Shown here: positions 1-9,976 of the stretch, piece by piece
Position numbering within the stretch: the first letter of the stretch is position 1
Layout of the letters: every line of letters begins with the position of its first letter
DNA from: a virus
Direction: 5' to 3' (one strand)
Length of the DNA: 64,000 bases
IMG/VR virus record: IMGVR_UViG_3300035665_000023
Coordinates: 9,018 to 73,017 of that record
The notes under the pieces: generated by a model
The model's database searches: none
Seen by the model: only the letters and a program-made list of their open reading frames with translations
What the model was told of the DNA's origin: nothing
Translations under genes and position numbers: made by a program

Positions 1-636
1 GCCGACAGAATCCTGATGCCGACGATTTGTTGGCTTTAATTTGTCTTTGACTTTCTTGTCGTACCCTGGCTCGTCCATGACCTTTTCGTAGTCAGCACGA
101 TACCTGTGACCGCAATATCGCATCTTGGTCAGTTCTTTGGCTGGCATGTCAAGAATCAGGTCGTCAATGGAAACTCGGTTAAACCAAGGCTGGCCTGGGT
201 CCAACCAAACATCTTCTTCAGATTCAAGCATTCCATGAAAACGAGTGTCGGTGTCTCTCATCATTACAACACCGCACCCAAGACAGAAAAACGCATCCAT
301 GACAATTGCTCGAATTGTCTTATCAAGCGTCATATCGCTTATAAGTTTATTGAGATTTACCTCAAATCGAGCAGCGAACGGCAAGGTTTCCATTCGCGAT
401 GTGGAAACCAAAACTTGCGGATTATTTGCGGCAAGTGCAATAGTGTAGATGCGAGCCGTCTGGTTCATCAGGTTTACGAGCGTTTTGTTTTCCGCACCTG
501 ATTCTGCGTACCAAGATCCAACGTAATCCTTGATAAGCTCTTTTCGAACACGACGAAACGGCTCCATCGCATCACGCGATGAGCGTATGGCTTTAAGAAG
601 TCTCGCTCGTTTTTCGTCGTTATCTAAATCAAACAT
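1..636 (-). CDS. Probable portal protein, N-terminal part (runs off the window edge)
   Basis: Own translation from ATG at 636 (MFDLDNDEKRARLLKAIRSSRDAMEPFRR...) is open to base 1; lies directly downstream of the terminase. Confidence 0.6.
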   Translation of the reverse strand, partial: MFDLDNDEKRARLLKAIRSSRDAMEPFRRVRKELIKDYVGSWYAESGAENKTLVNLMNQTARIYTIALAANNPQVLVSTSRMETLPFAARFEVNLNKLISDMTLDKTIRAIVMDAFFCLGCGVVMMRDTDTRFHGMLESEEDVWLDPGQPWFNRVSIDDLILDMPAKELTKMRYCGHRYRADYEKVMDEPGYDKKVKDKLKPTNRRHQDSVG

Positions 637-718
637 CCACAGCCGAAATGATTACGGAGCTATTCCGAACTTATTTCGACTGGGTTTTATCTCCAGCCAG
701 AGCTAAATTGACACTGTG

Positions 719-898
719 TCAAACAGTTTTCTTGTTAGACGCTGGCGATTTCGATCCTTCGAGAACCGCCTTTGTTTGAGCAAGATTTAGAGCAGACTGA
801 GAAAAGTGCAGTGCCTTCTGAGCATCTGGCTGAGCTTTAACTTGGTCAGCCAACTTTGCAATTGCAACATCAATCTTTTCGCTTAACTCATCTACCAT
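719..898 (-). CDS. Small hypothetical protein (59 aa, MVDELSEKIDVAIAKL...)
   Basis: Own translation; fills the gap between terminase and portal; AAGGA upstream. Confidence 0.6.
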   Translation of the reverse strand: MVDELSEKIDVAIAKLADQVKAQPDAQKALHFSQSALNLAQTKAVLEGSKSPASNKKTV

Positions 899-932
899 CC
901 TACACCAATCCTTCAGGTTTTATCCTTGAATC

Positions 933-2849
933 TTACCTACGCAACACATCACGTATCCCATATCGTGGACTACCCGTGTTAATGCCGCGTCGCTCTTGTC
1001 GCTCTCGCCACAAAAAGCTTCCATATTCTGGATTCTGACCGTTTTCCGTGTCGCTGTCAACTTTATCATTTGCGTGCTCTGATGAAAATATATACCAGCA
1101 ACCAGCCGCCGAAATAGCTCTGTCTGCATGGTTTTTGTTGCCAGCACCTTTGTTTTTTGTCGGAACATGCAAGAGTTTGTCGCCGTCCCATTCATACTCT
1201 CCGCACTCCGTAATCATTTCCTCAGAACGCGGAATGTATAAACCGGCATCCATCGCCATTGAAATGCGATCAAACAAGTCTGCCTTGTCGGAATCTCTGC
1301 GAACTGGCCAACCTACTCTGCGAGTTTTTGTTTGAGATCCGAATTGTTCAGAAGTGCGATAAAACACATTCCAGTACCCGAGTTTCGCTATTTCATCCGC
1401 AAAACCTCCAGAGTTGCCAGCGTCTTCCCAGCCGAGCAAAGCTTTGCGCATCCACACGCAAAGCGCTACCACGGTAAATGCAAACGCCCGAGGCTCAACT
1501 CCTTTGATTGCGTATTCCAGCACTTGTTCTCCGCTGCTGTTGTCAAGCATGGAGATGACGGAAGGCGTTGCGACTGCTGACATACCGCCCGACGCAACGT
1601 CGCAACCTGCTGTATATGGTCCGAGCGGAGGAGAGAAATCTATCCCAGGACGAAACCACAACCTCAACGGCCCATCGTCTCTTGGAGACAACCCCACAAC
1701 TTCTGGTCGCTCTTTGTCGATTACTGGTACGCCCTGCCAAACAGGCCGTTTGCAATGCTCTTTTTTCATTCGTTCGAGCAAAGCAGGTTGGAAGCACTTG
1801 CTAGCTGCGCCCTTTGCATCCATGTCAAGTTCACGCGCAATAAATCGAGGTGTAGCACCTGGAAGGAGGCAATGGGAGTCGTACCAAGGCGATCGGAACC
1901 TCCCTTCAATCACATGCCCTCTTCGTTCGATAGCACGCAACTCGCGAGCATGGGTACTAATGTACTCATCGACAGCTTCTTGCTCTTCGGGCCTGACTGA
2001 TTTGGCAATTCCATTTTGCTTGATGTAAGCAAGCTTTGAATGAACTGGATTGTCTTTCCAATTCAAAGAATAGACTCGAGGGTTATCTGGATCGGTCGCA
2101 GATTCGTAGAACACGCCAGCGTCGGCGCCAAACGTTGAGCACAAAAATACGCAATTCGTGACATGCGCCACGCTGCTCATGATTTTGTAGTCAACACCAC
2201 CAGCAATGAACTCTTCAGAGCCTACTTCGTCAAATGCGAACATACTGGTTCTACCACCACGCGCCACGTCTGCTGTTGCTGAATACCCAACCCATATTGA
2301 GTTTGTCTTCGGCAATCGAATGGTATGGTCGGTAATGTTGCGATCGTACTTATCTAGCATCCACACTGGCAGCTTATCGAGCATCGACGACAACTTGTTC
2401 ATGACAGCCGATGGATCCTTAGAGTCCATCATCTTTTCGTTACGAGAAACCAATCCTGACGAAAAACCATTTTCAAACAATGCACGCCGAATTTGCACAC
2501 CAAGATAGGTGTACGTTCCACCTTGGGCTCGAGACTTCTTCACTGTAGCGGAAACAGGATGACCTTCATTCATTCCTTCGGTTATTGTTTCATCCATGCC
2601 AACGATAACTGCATCTTGATGGGGCCAAGGCACAAACGGACGCAACTTAATTCTTTCGCGAGGTTCTTCTACCCACAAAGCAAATGCAAAGAAGAAAAGA
2701 ACATCATTTTCGCACGCTTGTATTAAAGCGTTTCGAAATTGCTCGTCTACCAATGCTCTTTCGCGGCAGCGAATGCGCCAGCGTAGATTTTCCTCAAGTC
2801 CGCGAGGAACCAAATCGTAAAAAGGTGTGTTCATGCCAAGATTGTGCAA
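933..2849 (-). CDS. terL: Terminase large subunit
   Basis: Walker A-like KKSRAQGGT, Walker B FAFDE, C-terminal nuclease motifs AGCDVASG and NHADRAIS. Confidence 0.9.
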   Translation of the reverse strand: MHNLGMNTPFYDLVPRGLEENLRWRIRCRERALVDEQFRNALIQACENDVLFFFAFALWVEEPRERIKLRPFVPWPHQDAVIVGMDETITEGMNEGHPVSATVKKSRAQGGTYTYLGVQIRRALFENGFSSGLVSRNEKMMDSKDPSAVMNKLSSMLDKLPVWMLDKYDRNITDHTIRLPKTNSIWVGYSATADVARGGRTSMFAFDEVGSEEFIAGGVDYKIMSSVAHVTNCVFLCSTFGADAGVFYESATDPDNPRVYSLNWKDNPVHSKLAYIKQNGIAKSVRPEEQEAVDEYISTHARELRAIERRGHVIEGRFRSPWYDSHCLLPGATPRFIARELDMDAKGAASKCFQPALLERMKKEHCKRPVWQGVPVIDKERPEVVGLSPRDDGPLRLWFRPGIDFSPPLGPYTAGCDVASGGMSAVATPSVISMLDNSSGEQVLEYAIKGVEPRAFAFTVVALCVWMRKALLGWEDAGNSGGFADEIAKLGYWNVFYRTSEQFGSQTKTRRVGWPVRRDSDKADLFDRISMAMDAGLYIPRSEEMITECGEYEWDGDKLLHVPTKNKGAGNKNHADRAISAAGCWYIFSSEHANDKVDSDTENGQNPEYGSFLWRERQERRGINTGSPRYGIRDVLRR

Positions 2850-2881
2850 ATTACAATCAACTTAGTCAAACTTGGCAAATA

Positions 2882-3199
2882 TCAATTTCTTAGACTTCGC
2901 TCCAACGCTTCTCCTATCGACATAACCTTCAGTCTCGCCCTCAAAGTGCTTTCATTAAGTCCATAAGCCTCGGCCCACTGTTTGATGGTCATGCGTTTAC
3001 CAGCATACGATATGCCGCAGGATCCGCAGCTTGAAGTGTGTCCGCTGCGAAGATGATCAAGACGAACTTCCACGTTCGCGCCACAGTCACATTTACATTG
3101 GAATTTACGCTTGCCATTCGAGGAAATTTCGCAAATCACCCGCAACTCCCCGTATTTCTCTCCTGCAGCAACATTGATTCGACGCATCAACAATCCCAC
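2882..3199 (-). CDS. HNH homing-endonuclease-derived protein lacking the nuclease core
   Basis: CKCDCG...LRSGHTSSCG N-terminal module joined directly to a TIKQWAEAYGL..STLRARL HTH-like tail. Confidence 0.6.
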   Translation of the reverse strand: MGLLMRRINVAAGEKYGELRVICEISSNGKRKFQCKCDCGANVEVRLDHLRSGHTSSCGSCGISYAGKRMTIKQWAEAYGLNESTLRARLKVMSIGEALERSLRN

Positions 3200-3462
3200 T
3201 TTCTTCGAGCTTTCCTGAGCCTGCTGTTCGGGTCTTTAGCCGCTTCCGGCCACATTTTCATCTGACCGGCGCTACGAGCACAGAAAGATTTTCTGCGAGC
3301 GGCAGACTTCGGATATTTTAACGCTTGCTCTTTCGAAACGGGTGGTTTGAGATTTGACCCTTCGGCTTTAGCCGAAGCCCTGCCCTTAGCGTTCAAGCCA
3401 CCATCTGGATCTTGACCTTCCGCTCGAGACCAAGCAGGGGTTTTGTACTTCCTCTTTGTCAT
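3187..3462 (-). CDS. Small basic phage protein (DUF6321-like)
   Basis: GGLNAKGRAS...RRKSFCARS...DPNSRLRKARRKWDC motifs. Confidence 0.6.
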   Translation of the reverse strand: MTKRKYKTPAWSRAEGQDPDGGLNAKGRASAKAEGSNLKPPVSKEQALKYPKSAARRKSFCARSAGQMKMWPEAAKDPNSRLRKARRKWDC

Positions 3463-3694
3463 TTTACTTGCTCTTCGGTTTTGGTTTCGGTTGAGTTTTC
3501 TTTTGGGGATTCGACTTCTTGCAACTCCCCTTACTGTACGCCTTTTTGCCCTTTACGGGCTCGTAACCTTGCCAACATCTATTGTCTTTCATCCGGCCAA
3601 CCCTTCATCTGAGTGTTATTTGCCACGCACACCGAACACAGCCTAGCAAAATTGCCCCAAAAACGAAATTACATCAAATACGCTCCCACCCTAA

Positions 3695-3723
3695 TTGACT
3701 TATTGCGTTACGGGGGCTATCCT
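3695..3723 (+). promoter_or_regulatory. Sigma70-type promoter for the resolvase
   Basis: TTGACT-N17-TATCCT; shares ACCCTAATTGACTT with the promoter at 7211. Confidence 0.55.
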
Positions 3724-3768
3724 TGGAGTAGGAGACTTGTTTTCTGCTTTTTGCCAAGGAGATTTGCG

Positions 3769-4377
3769 ATGACGATTGCCATGTATGTCCGTGTAAGCAC
3801 TGAAGAACAGAACGAAGATGGTCAGCGTCGTGAGTTGAAAAAATGGATCGTTGCCAACGGAATCGACTACAAATCCGTTCATTGGTACGTTGACAAAGCC
3901 AATGGATCTACGTTGGATCGACCGGAGCTTGACCAGCTTCGACGAGACGTTCGGAACGGGACCATCAAGACCGTTGTCGTTTGGAAACTTGATCGCTTGT
4001 CCAGAAACGCAATGCAAGGTTACAACCTGATAGGAGAGTGGTGCGACAAAAAAGTACGGATCGTCTCCGTCACTGAGCCTATCGACCTTAGCGGGCTTAT
4101 TGGGCAGGCTATTGCCAATTTGTTTCTTACTTTTGCTCAGATCGAAAAGCAAAACATCAAGCAACGCCAAACTGCTGGCATCGAAGCCGCCAAAGAACGT
4201 GGTGTGTACAAAGGCAGGAAGCCAGGAGCTATCAAGGCGGGTGTCAATCTCAAAAAGGTATTCAAGCTTCGCGACAAAGGATTTACGCAAGAAGAGATCG
4301 CTCGAGCAATGGGAATCAGCCTTAGCTCCGTAGGCAGATACTTGAAATTAGAGCAGGATGTAGCACTAAAAGATTAG
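3769..4377 (+). CDS. Small serine recombinase (resolvase/invertase family) with C-terminal HTH
   Basis: YVRVSTEEQ catalytic motif, VVWKLDRLSRN, C-terminal HTH; AAGGAG RBS before ATG at 3769. Confidence 0.93.
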   Translation: MTIAMYVRVSTEEQNEDGQRRELKKWIVANGIDYKSVHWYVDKANGSTLDRPELDQLRRDVRNGTIKTVVVWKLDRLSRNAMQGYNLIGEWCDKKVRIVSVTEPIDLSGLIGQAIANLFLTFAQIEKQNIKQRQTAGIEAAKERGVYKGRKPGAIKAGVNLKKVFKLRDKGFTQEEIARAMGISLSSVGRYLKLEQDVALKD

Positions 4378-4380
4378 TTA

Positions 4381-4671
4381 CTAATCATCTCCAACCTCGT
4401 CAGCGAGCATCCGCCTTAACTCGCGAGCTTCTACAGTTAGCGACTTAGCCAATTTTTCCAATGACTCAACTGCCCGCTGCTTTACGTCTTTTTCGACTGC
4501 AATCAACGACCGATCTCGCTCACTGCCAGAAAGAGTTTCTACTAACTCAGCCGCTTGTAAATGAAACTCTGTCTTAGTGCATACTTTTCCGTGAATCACC
4601 TGGGACCGATTAGCAGCGCGTGAAGCCTGCACCTTGTGCCACTCAGCAAGAGATCGAACATCCATTTGCAT
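4381..4671 (-). CDS. Hypothetical protein
   Basis: 96-aa ORF convergent on the resolvase. Confidence 0.55.
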   Translation of the reverse strand: MQMDVRSLAEWHKVQASRAANRSQVIHGKVCTKTEFHLQAAELVETLSGSERDRSLIAVEKDVKQRAVESLEKLAKSLTVEARELRRMLADEVGDD

Positions 4672-4818
4672 CGCTCTTTAATTACTTTTTGCACTGGATA
4701 AAAATCAAACAATCCAAATCGGTCGTTCAGGAGTCTAACCCAAAGCAACTACGCCGCATGAAGCGAAATTTGAGTTGCAACACCATCGACCGCACAAACA
4801 TCTTAGCATCACGCTAGC

Positions 4819-5232
4819 CTATCTTCTACGCGGCCAGACATAAAGCCGCTGTGTCGAATACGGGCTCCCATAACCGTACGGATTGTTGATGCTGTCAGAA
4901 CTAAAGGGAGAGCCATACCGCCCATAAGGATTGGAAATCGAGTCCGACGCGTAAGGATTAGAACTCAACTCACCAAGATACCGCCCGCTTCGAGTGTAAA
5001 TCCTCGGCGGGTTGGTCGCATACGGGTTCGTCCAAGAGTAATCGCTGTACGGGCTCCCGTACCGGCTGTACGGATTCATCAGCCCATCTTGACGGTAAGG
5101 ACTTCCGGCACCGTAAGGATTACTCAGCGAATTGTCGTCGTAAGGACCAGCATTCAGATCGCCTAACGAATACTGCCCATACGACAACGACGAAAACAAC
5201 ACTACCAACAAGACACTTAACAGAGATCGCAT
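4819..5232 (-). CDS. Secreted protein with NPYG/GSPYS repeats
   Basis: Signal-peptide-like MRSLLSVLLVVLFSS, then repeated SNPYG/YGSPYS motifs; GGAGG RBS. Confidence 0.75.
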   Translation of the reverse strand: MRSLLSVLLVVLFSSLSYGQYSLGDLNAGPYDDNSLSNPYGAGSPYRQDGLMNPYSRYGSPYSDYSWTNPYATNPPRIYTRSGRYLGELSSNPYASDSISNPYGRYGSPFSSDSINNPYGYGSPYSTQRLYVWPRRR

Positions 5233-6029
5233 AGATCCACCCTCCATACGCATAATCGAAAACCACTACCCAACGTTCGATCAATCTACCAGTATGGACC
5301 CAAGAACGCAACAAGAATGTTGTACGCAACAAAAAACGGCATCGCGGCAGGAGGTAGCGGACGCCCAGGGGAGACGGATCAATTTCCGGCAGGATGCTAA
5401 CAAATTTTGCGGATCATCTAATAAAAAATGGGCGGGCTATTTCCACCACTGGTAGCGATGAGCATTTCCAGTGACTTCCAATCTCTCTACGGCTCCCCCG
5501 CATCTCCGTAGTTCATCTGGGAGCGACCCAGCAAACTCACTCCTCGTCAAACACCAACGAAGAAACCTTGATCCACTCCAACCACCTCAAACCCCGAAAC
5601 CGAACAATACTAATCTTACCAATCCACCACCCACACTCCGATACAATCCGACGACGACCACGCCACCTAGCAGGAATAAAATACTCACTGTCACCAAGAT
5701 ATATCACAACATCTTCGTCAGGTAACCGCATAAAATCACCATATCAGCATGGACCCGATAGAGCAACCGAAAATGGGTGTGCAATGAGAAGGGGCATACG
5801 CTGGGAGTCCCGCCGAGCGGGGTGGGGGGTCTGGGTCGTTTTCCGGCGTCCAATGCTTGTGATCGTCCTTGCGGTCCAGTGTCGGTGCCATCGATCTCAA
5901 CGACAAACACACGTCAAATAGGGTCTCCAGTCCGCAGCGCTCGAAAACACAGGGAAAACACGCAGGAATCACCGCAGAAAACCCCCTTCATCAAGCGTAT
6001 ACCCTAGCAGGCATGGCAATGTGGCAGTC

Positions 6030-6755
6030 TCACCCCTCGACCATCTCCGCGAGGAGTTTGCGGATGTCATCGATGGCTAGCCGTTCCCTGCGAACGTGCT
6101 CCCGTTCGTCTTCGAGGCTCGCTGTGGCTTTGGCCGCGACATCGACGAACTTGGTGTAGGCTCGGATGCTCGTTTCCAACCAGCCCAACGCCGCGTAAGA
6201 GGGTGCCGGGGTCAACGCTCGGGACAGATCGACGACCGACCTCTCTCCAACGTCTGTGACGCACTGGAGGCGATTGGCCTGCACCCACTGGATCTCAGCG
6301 GCGAGGGGAGCATTAGCGGGCAACTTCCCCCAGATCTCCGGCAGATCGCCAAGGCCGACAACCTGGGAATCGGCGTCACCCCGCGCGCGAGCGCCGGATC
6401 CGCTCTTGCCGTCGGTAACGCCGTCCATGCGAGAAGCCGCACCCCCCTGCGTTTGCCCTCTCGGTTCCCCCTCAGTCCGATTCCCGTCGCCATCCGGTCG
6501 CGGAAGCTCTTCCCACGGTTGCGCCGCTGTCGCTTCCGTCACTGTTGATGGTAGCGGTGGGAACATCTCGTCGATCGCGAGGTATGCGCGCCGTTGAGCG
6601 TCGTCCTTGGTTAACCCGGCATCACGCGCCTCGCGGATCAGCGTGTCCTTTGCGGCAACAACTTCGGACCAGCGGTCTTCAGCGAGGAGTCGGCGGTAGA
6701 TGCGGTACTTCAGTTCTACCAGCGGTTCGTTGGCGGTTTGTTCGTTGTCGTCCAT
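6030..6755 (-). CDS. Hypothetical protein, first gene of the leftward block (possible small terminase)
   Basis: GAGG RBS before MDDNEQ at 6755; function inferred from position only. Confidence 0.5.
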   Translation of the reverse strand: MDDNEQTANEPLVELKYRIYRRLLAEDRWSEVVAAKDTLIREARDAGLTKDDAQRRAYLAIDEMFPPLPSTVTEATAAQPWEELPRPDGDGNRTEGEPRGQTQGGAASRMDGVTDGKSGSGARARGDADSQVVGLGDLPEIWGKLPANAPLAAEIQWVQANRLQCVTDVGERSVVDLSRALTPAPSYAALGWLETSIRAYTKFVDVAAKATASLEDEREHVRRERLAIDDIRKLLAEMVEG

Positions 6756-6851
6756 GTTCCTCGGTCTTTCAGCGCGCATACCCCCCCCTCCCCCCCAAAC
6801 TGGTAAAAACATGCGTTTTCCCAGGGTTTTTGGGGTTTCGATAGGTATTGG

Positions 6852-6894
6852 ATACCCTATCCATACCCTATCCATAGGGTATCTATACCCTATC
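6852..6894. repeat. ATACCCTAT iteron-like cluster (3 direct copies, 1 inverted)
   Basis: Direct copies at 6852, 6863 and 6885; inverted ATAGGGTAT at 6874. Confidence 0.8.
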
Positions 6895-7210
6895 GCCCCC
6901 CGTTGGCTCTGCGGGCTGTAGGGGGGCAAGCGAACTGGCTCGGTCAGTCCTGTCGGTGATTGCCTGGGTCTGTGCTTTCGCCTTGGACGCTTTTCTGTGG
7001 GGGGCAACCACACTCCCCGCGTTTCGAAGATCCTACCAAATTTCGTCCCGAACGCAAACTCTGCGGGTGCGGTCCTCGATCCTGCAGCGACTTCCCCGCC
7101 GCATTCCCAGTCAATTTTCCGAAAAAACTTTCCTGGCAAAAAAACCAGCAAAACCCCTGCGAAAACCTCTATTTCGAACAGTCAAATAGGATTATTTTGG
7201 ATTACCCTAA

Positions 7211-7239
7211 TTGACTTGCTCTCCGAGATCCGATATTGT
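7211..7239 (+). promoter_or_regulatory. Sigma70-type promoter of the early operon
   Basis: TTGACT-N17-TATTGT upstream of the radC-like gene. Confidence 0.65.
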
Positions 7240-7311
7240 GAATAAAGAGACCGAGGTTGTCTCGGTCAAAAGAGTTCTAGCTGACCCCGCAAGGGTCAAG
7301 GAGAATCGACA

Positions 7312-7758
7312 GTGAAAACCATTTTTGAAACACGTTTCGCGAAAGTTGGCGAAACATCCTCGCATTACCAATCAGCAAGGATTACGTCTTCCGCCGCCGC
7401 TTGCCATTGGGCGAAGCACTGCCTGGGCGAGTATTTCAGCGACAAGCTGGATCAGGAGGAATTCCTGATCGCGATTTTAGATACGAAATTTTTCGTTCGT
7501 CGCGTCGTCCGCATCACTCGCGGGACGTTGGACGCGAGCTTAGTTCACCCCCGCGAAGTCTTTAGGCCCGCAATTGCAGATGCGGCCTCGGCGATTTTGT
7601 GCATCCACAATCATCCCTCAGGAGATCCCACGCCAAGCCCCCAGGACCACCAAATCACCGAGCGCCTGCGAGAGGCTGGGCGAATCTTGGGTATTAACGT
7701 CCTCGATCACATTGTGGTGGGCGATTACGCAGTATCGTTGGCGGAGGTGGTATCGTGA
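7312..7758 (+). CDS. RadC-like JAB/MPN domain protein
   Basis: GTLDASLVHPREVF and HNHPSGDPTPSPQD...VLDHIVVG motifs. Confidence 0.92.
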   Translation: MKTIFETRFAKVGETSSHYQSARITSSAAACHWAKHCLGEYFSDKLDQEEFLIAILDTKFFVRRVVRITRGTLDASLVHPREVFRPAIADAASAILCIHNHPSGDPTPSPQDHQITERLREAGRILGINVLDHIVVGDYAVSLAEVVS

Positions 7759-8099
7759 ACCTCGAACAATTCGTGAGTGCATACATTGCATGCGCTTTGT
7801 GGTCTTCAGTCGACGAAAATTGCGAGCCGCTAGATCTGTACTCACCTGACGACATCGACCCGCAAACCCTTGAGGTAATGCGGTCGGACTGCAAAGACTT
7901 CATTGAGTCCAATGCGGACCTCCTCAAGGGTCTCGACCCAGAGCAATGCGGGCATGACTTTTGGCTGACCAGGAACAGGCACGGCGCTGGGTTCTGGGAT
8001 CGAGGCCTTGGAGATGTTGGTCAACAGCTCACTGAGGCATGTCGACCATACGGCGAATTCAACCTCTACGAAGCTGAAGGGGTGATCCATGGCCAGTAA
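7755..8099 (+). CDS. Phage early hypothetical protein
   Basis: GHDFWLTRNRHGAGFWDRG motif; start overlaps the upstream stop. Confidence 0.75.
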   Translation: MNLEQFVSAYIACALWSSVDENCEPLDLYSPDDIDPQTLEVMRSDCKDFIESNADLLKGLDPEQCGHDFWLTRNRHGAGFWDRGLGDVGQQLTEACRPYGEFNLYEAEGVIHGQ

Positions 8100-8355
8100 G
8101 ATCAAACAACTCAAAGAGGCTATTCGACATCCGTACTCGTGGCCAGGAGGCTACGAGATCTCTGCCATCATGTCAGATGGTGGCGTTCTCTGCATGAAGT
8201 GCTGCAAGGAGAACTTCAGCAACATCGTGGATAGCACCAAGAAGGACATTCGGGACGGTTGGAAACTCGAAGCGATCGACTGCATCTGGGAGGGCGATTG
8301 CAACTGCGATCAATGCGGAAAGAGCGTGGTAGTGTACCCGAGCCACGAAGAGTAG
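8089..8355 (+). CDS. Phage hypothetical protein with Cys pairs
   Basis: YSWPGGY motif, CMKC and CDQC; translationally coupled. Confidence 0.7.
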   Translation: MASKIKQLKEAIRHPYSWPGGYEISAIMSDGGVLCMKCCKENFSNIVDSTKKDIRDGWKLEAIDCIWEGDCNCDQCGKSVVVYPSHEE

Positions 8356-8453
8356 CGACGTTGCGAGGGTGAGGGGCTGATCTTTTCGCCCCGATCCCCC
8401 GCGACGTTGCGGGTGTGTTATGTGTTCTAGCTGCCCCGCAAGGGCAAGGAGAA

Positions 8454-9278
8454 ATGACGATGGTGACCAAGACAAGAAAGCTTATCAAGACCAAGGCCGA
8501 GCGCATGCTCGCGGACAAGTTGGATTTTCGGGGGAAGTACCTCGATTCGTTGTTGGCCAAGGCGTTGCAGAATCTGAAACTGGAATCGCCACTGCCCGAC
8601 GCAGCAAGCTACCTGCGCGCGATGAAGCGACGGCGCGCCGAGCGGATCAAAGCGAAGTGGGGAATGGGAGTCCGCGCATTCGAGCGACTGCGCGAAAAGG
8701 GCAGGCAAATCCTCAGGGATTTTAGCACTGGTTATTCTATGGGCGAGTGGAAAACGATTGAGATTGGCGGGGAGGTTTTTCTGCGGGTTGACAACACTCG
8801 CGAATACGCCACTTCGTCGCGGTACAAAGCAACTCATGGCGACTTGACGATCAGAATCGACCTGCTCAGTCTGCGCAAGATCGAGCGCATACAAGGTGTG
8901 TGGACAATTCGTCGGGCAGGAAATCGCGCCAGTTGGTTGCAAAGCGAAAGCAGCAAGAACCGCTACCGCATCCGATGGGTACACGGATTTCTCGTTGGCG
9001 CATCGCATGGAGCTAGTATCGAGGAGTGCCGAGCGCTCGAGGAAAAGAAGGCGATCCGAACCGACGAGGGAGAGATCAAACGCCTGGATCGATTCGTCGG
9101 TCTCCAAGACAGAGTGACCGCAGGAGCCTGCGAAGCTGGCGTACTGGCGTTTTGCCAGCGCCACAACCTGGATCCGAGCATGGGCTACCGTATGGATTAC
9201 CTTTTGCAATTGGACGACCCAACAGCCAAGCCTTACATCGGAATATTGGCGCGACGGCTCGCACGTAGCCGGGCATAA
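8454..9278 (+). CDS. Hypothetical protein
   Basis: AAGGAG RBS; C-terminal GACEAGVLAFC motif. Confidence 0.7.
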   Translation: MTMVTKTRKLIKTKAERMLADKLDFRGKYLDSLLAKALQNLKLESPLPDAASYLRAMKRRRAERIKAKWGMGVRAFERLREKGRQILRDFSTGYSMGEWKTIEIGGEVFLRVDNTREYATSSRYKATHGDLTIRIDLLSLRKIERIQGVWTIRRAGNRASWLQSESSKNRYRIRWVHGFLVGASHGASIEECRALEEKKAIRTDEGEIKRLDRFVGLQDRVTAGACEAGVLAFCQRHNLDPSMGYRMDYLLQLDDPTAKPYIGILARRLARSRA

Positions 9279-9298
9279 CACAACATCCAACAACCACA

Positions 9299-9544
9299 AT
9301 GGAGGATCTTAAAATGAAGATAGGAACGCGATTAGTGATTAGTGACCCAGATACGATACTAACCGGCGCGGAGGTCGTTGTGACTGACACGATACGCGAA
9401 GGTCGGTATTTGTGCCAAATTGTCAAATTGCCACAGTCTGACAAATTCAAGAAGTCAGGGAGTTTCTTATTTCATCTCGGTCGGCAAGTTTACGTTAGCA
9501 ATGGACAGTACGAACAATCGCCACAACAAGGAGAAAAGCAATGA
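9299..9544 (+). CDS. Hypothetical protein (start may be the second Met)
   Basis: ORF in the early operon. Confidence 0.55.
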   Translation: MEDLKMKIGTRLVISDPDTILTGAEVVVTDTIREGRYLCQIVKLPQSDKFKKSGSFLFHLGRQVYVSNGQYEQSPQQGEKQ

Positions 9545-9888
9545 CCACAGCAACCGCAATAAGCGAAGCGCGTACGATGGCCGAACGACTGCTAAGGCTC
9601 GATCCCTCGGGAGGGCGCGTGTTTCTGGGTGCCAATGCTCAGAATGGAGTCAGCCATGAAAACTACTCAGTTGACTACTTTGCCGACAATTCAATATTGA
9701 TTTGGGCTAAGGGTGAGGGTTGCATCGTCCTTGATGGTGCCCAAACGTACTATCGCGATACGGTTGAGCACCTTGCGCGATGCCTTGGGACATTTACCAA
9801 GGCCGAGCGCGCGGCCATGATCGGCGGCAAGTCGAAATGGATTGATGGCATCCATTGGAGCGCGGACGGCGAATGCATCGGACTGTAA
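9541..9888 (+). CDS. Hypothetical protein
   Basis: AAGGAG RBS; coupled to the previous ORF. Confidence 0.65.
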   Translation: MTTATAISEARTMAERLLRLDPSGGRVFLGANAQNGVSHENYSVDYFADNSILIWAKGEGCIVLDGAQTYYRDTVEHLARCLGTFTKAERAAMIGGKSKWIDGIHWSADGECIGL

Positions 9889-9976
9889 CCACGCTACGTT
9901 TCGGGATCGCGCTCTGGTCTGGCCAGGGCGCATTCCTGCAACGTCGCAGGAACACAACACCACAAGGAGATTTATT

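Noticed and set aside
4720-4793. Third tRNA-like fold on the minus strand (CGGTCG/CGACCG stem, GGTTAGACTCC loop)
   Set aside because: D and anticodon arms are not convincing; too degenerate to call
6855-6873. GGATAGGG match between the putative natural guide and the iteron cluster
   Set aside because: Only 8 nt, with the first two seed positions mismatched; could be chance
6756-7151. Long 5' extension of ORF 6030-7151
   Set aside because: Crosses the iteron cluster and poly-C runs; the RBS supports the start at 6755
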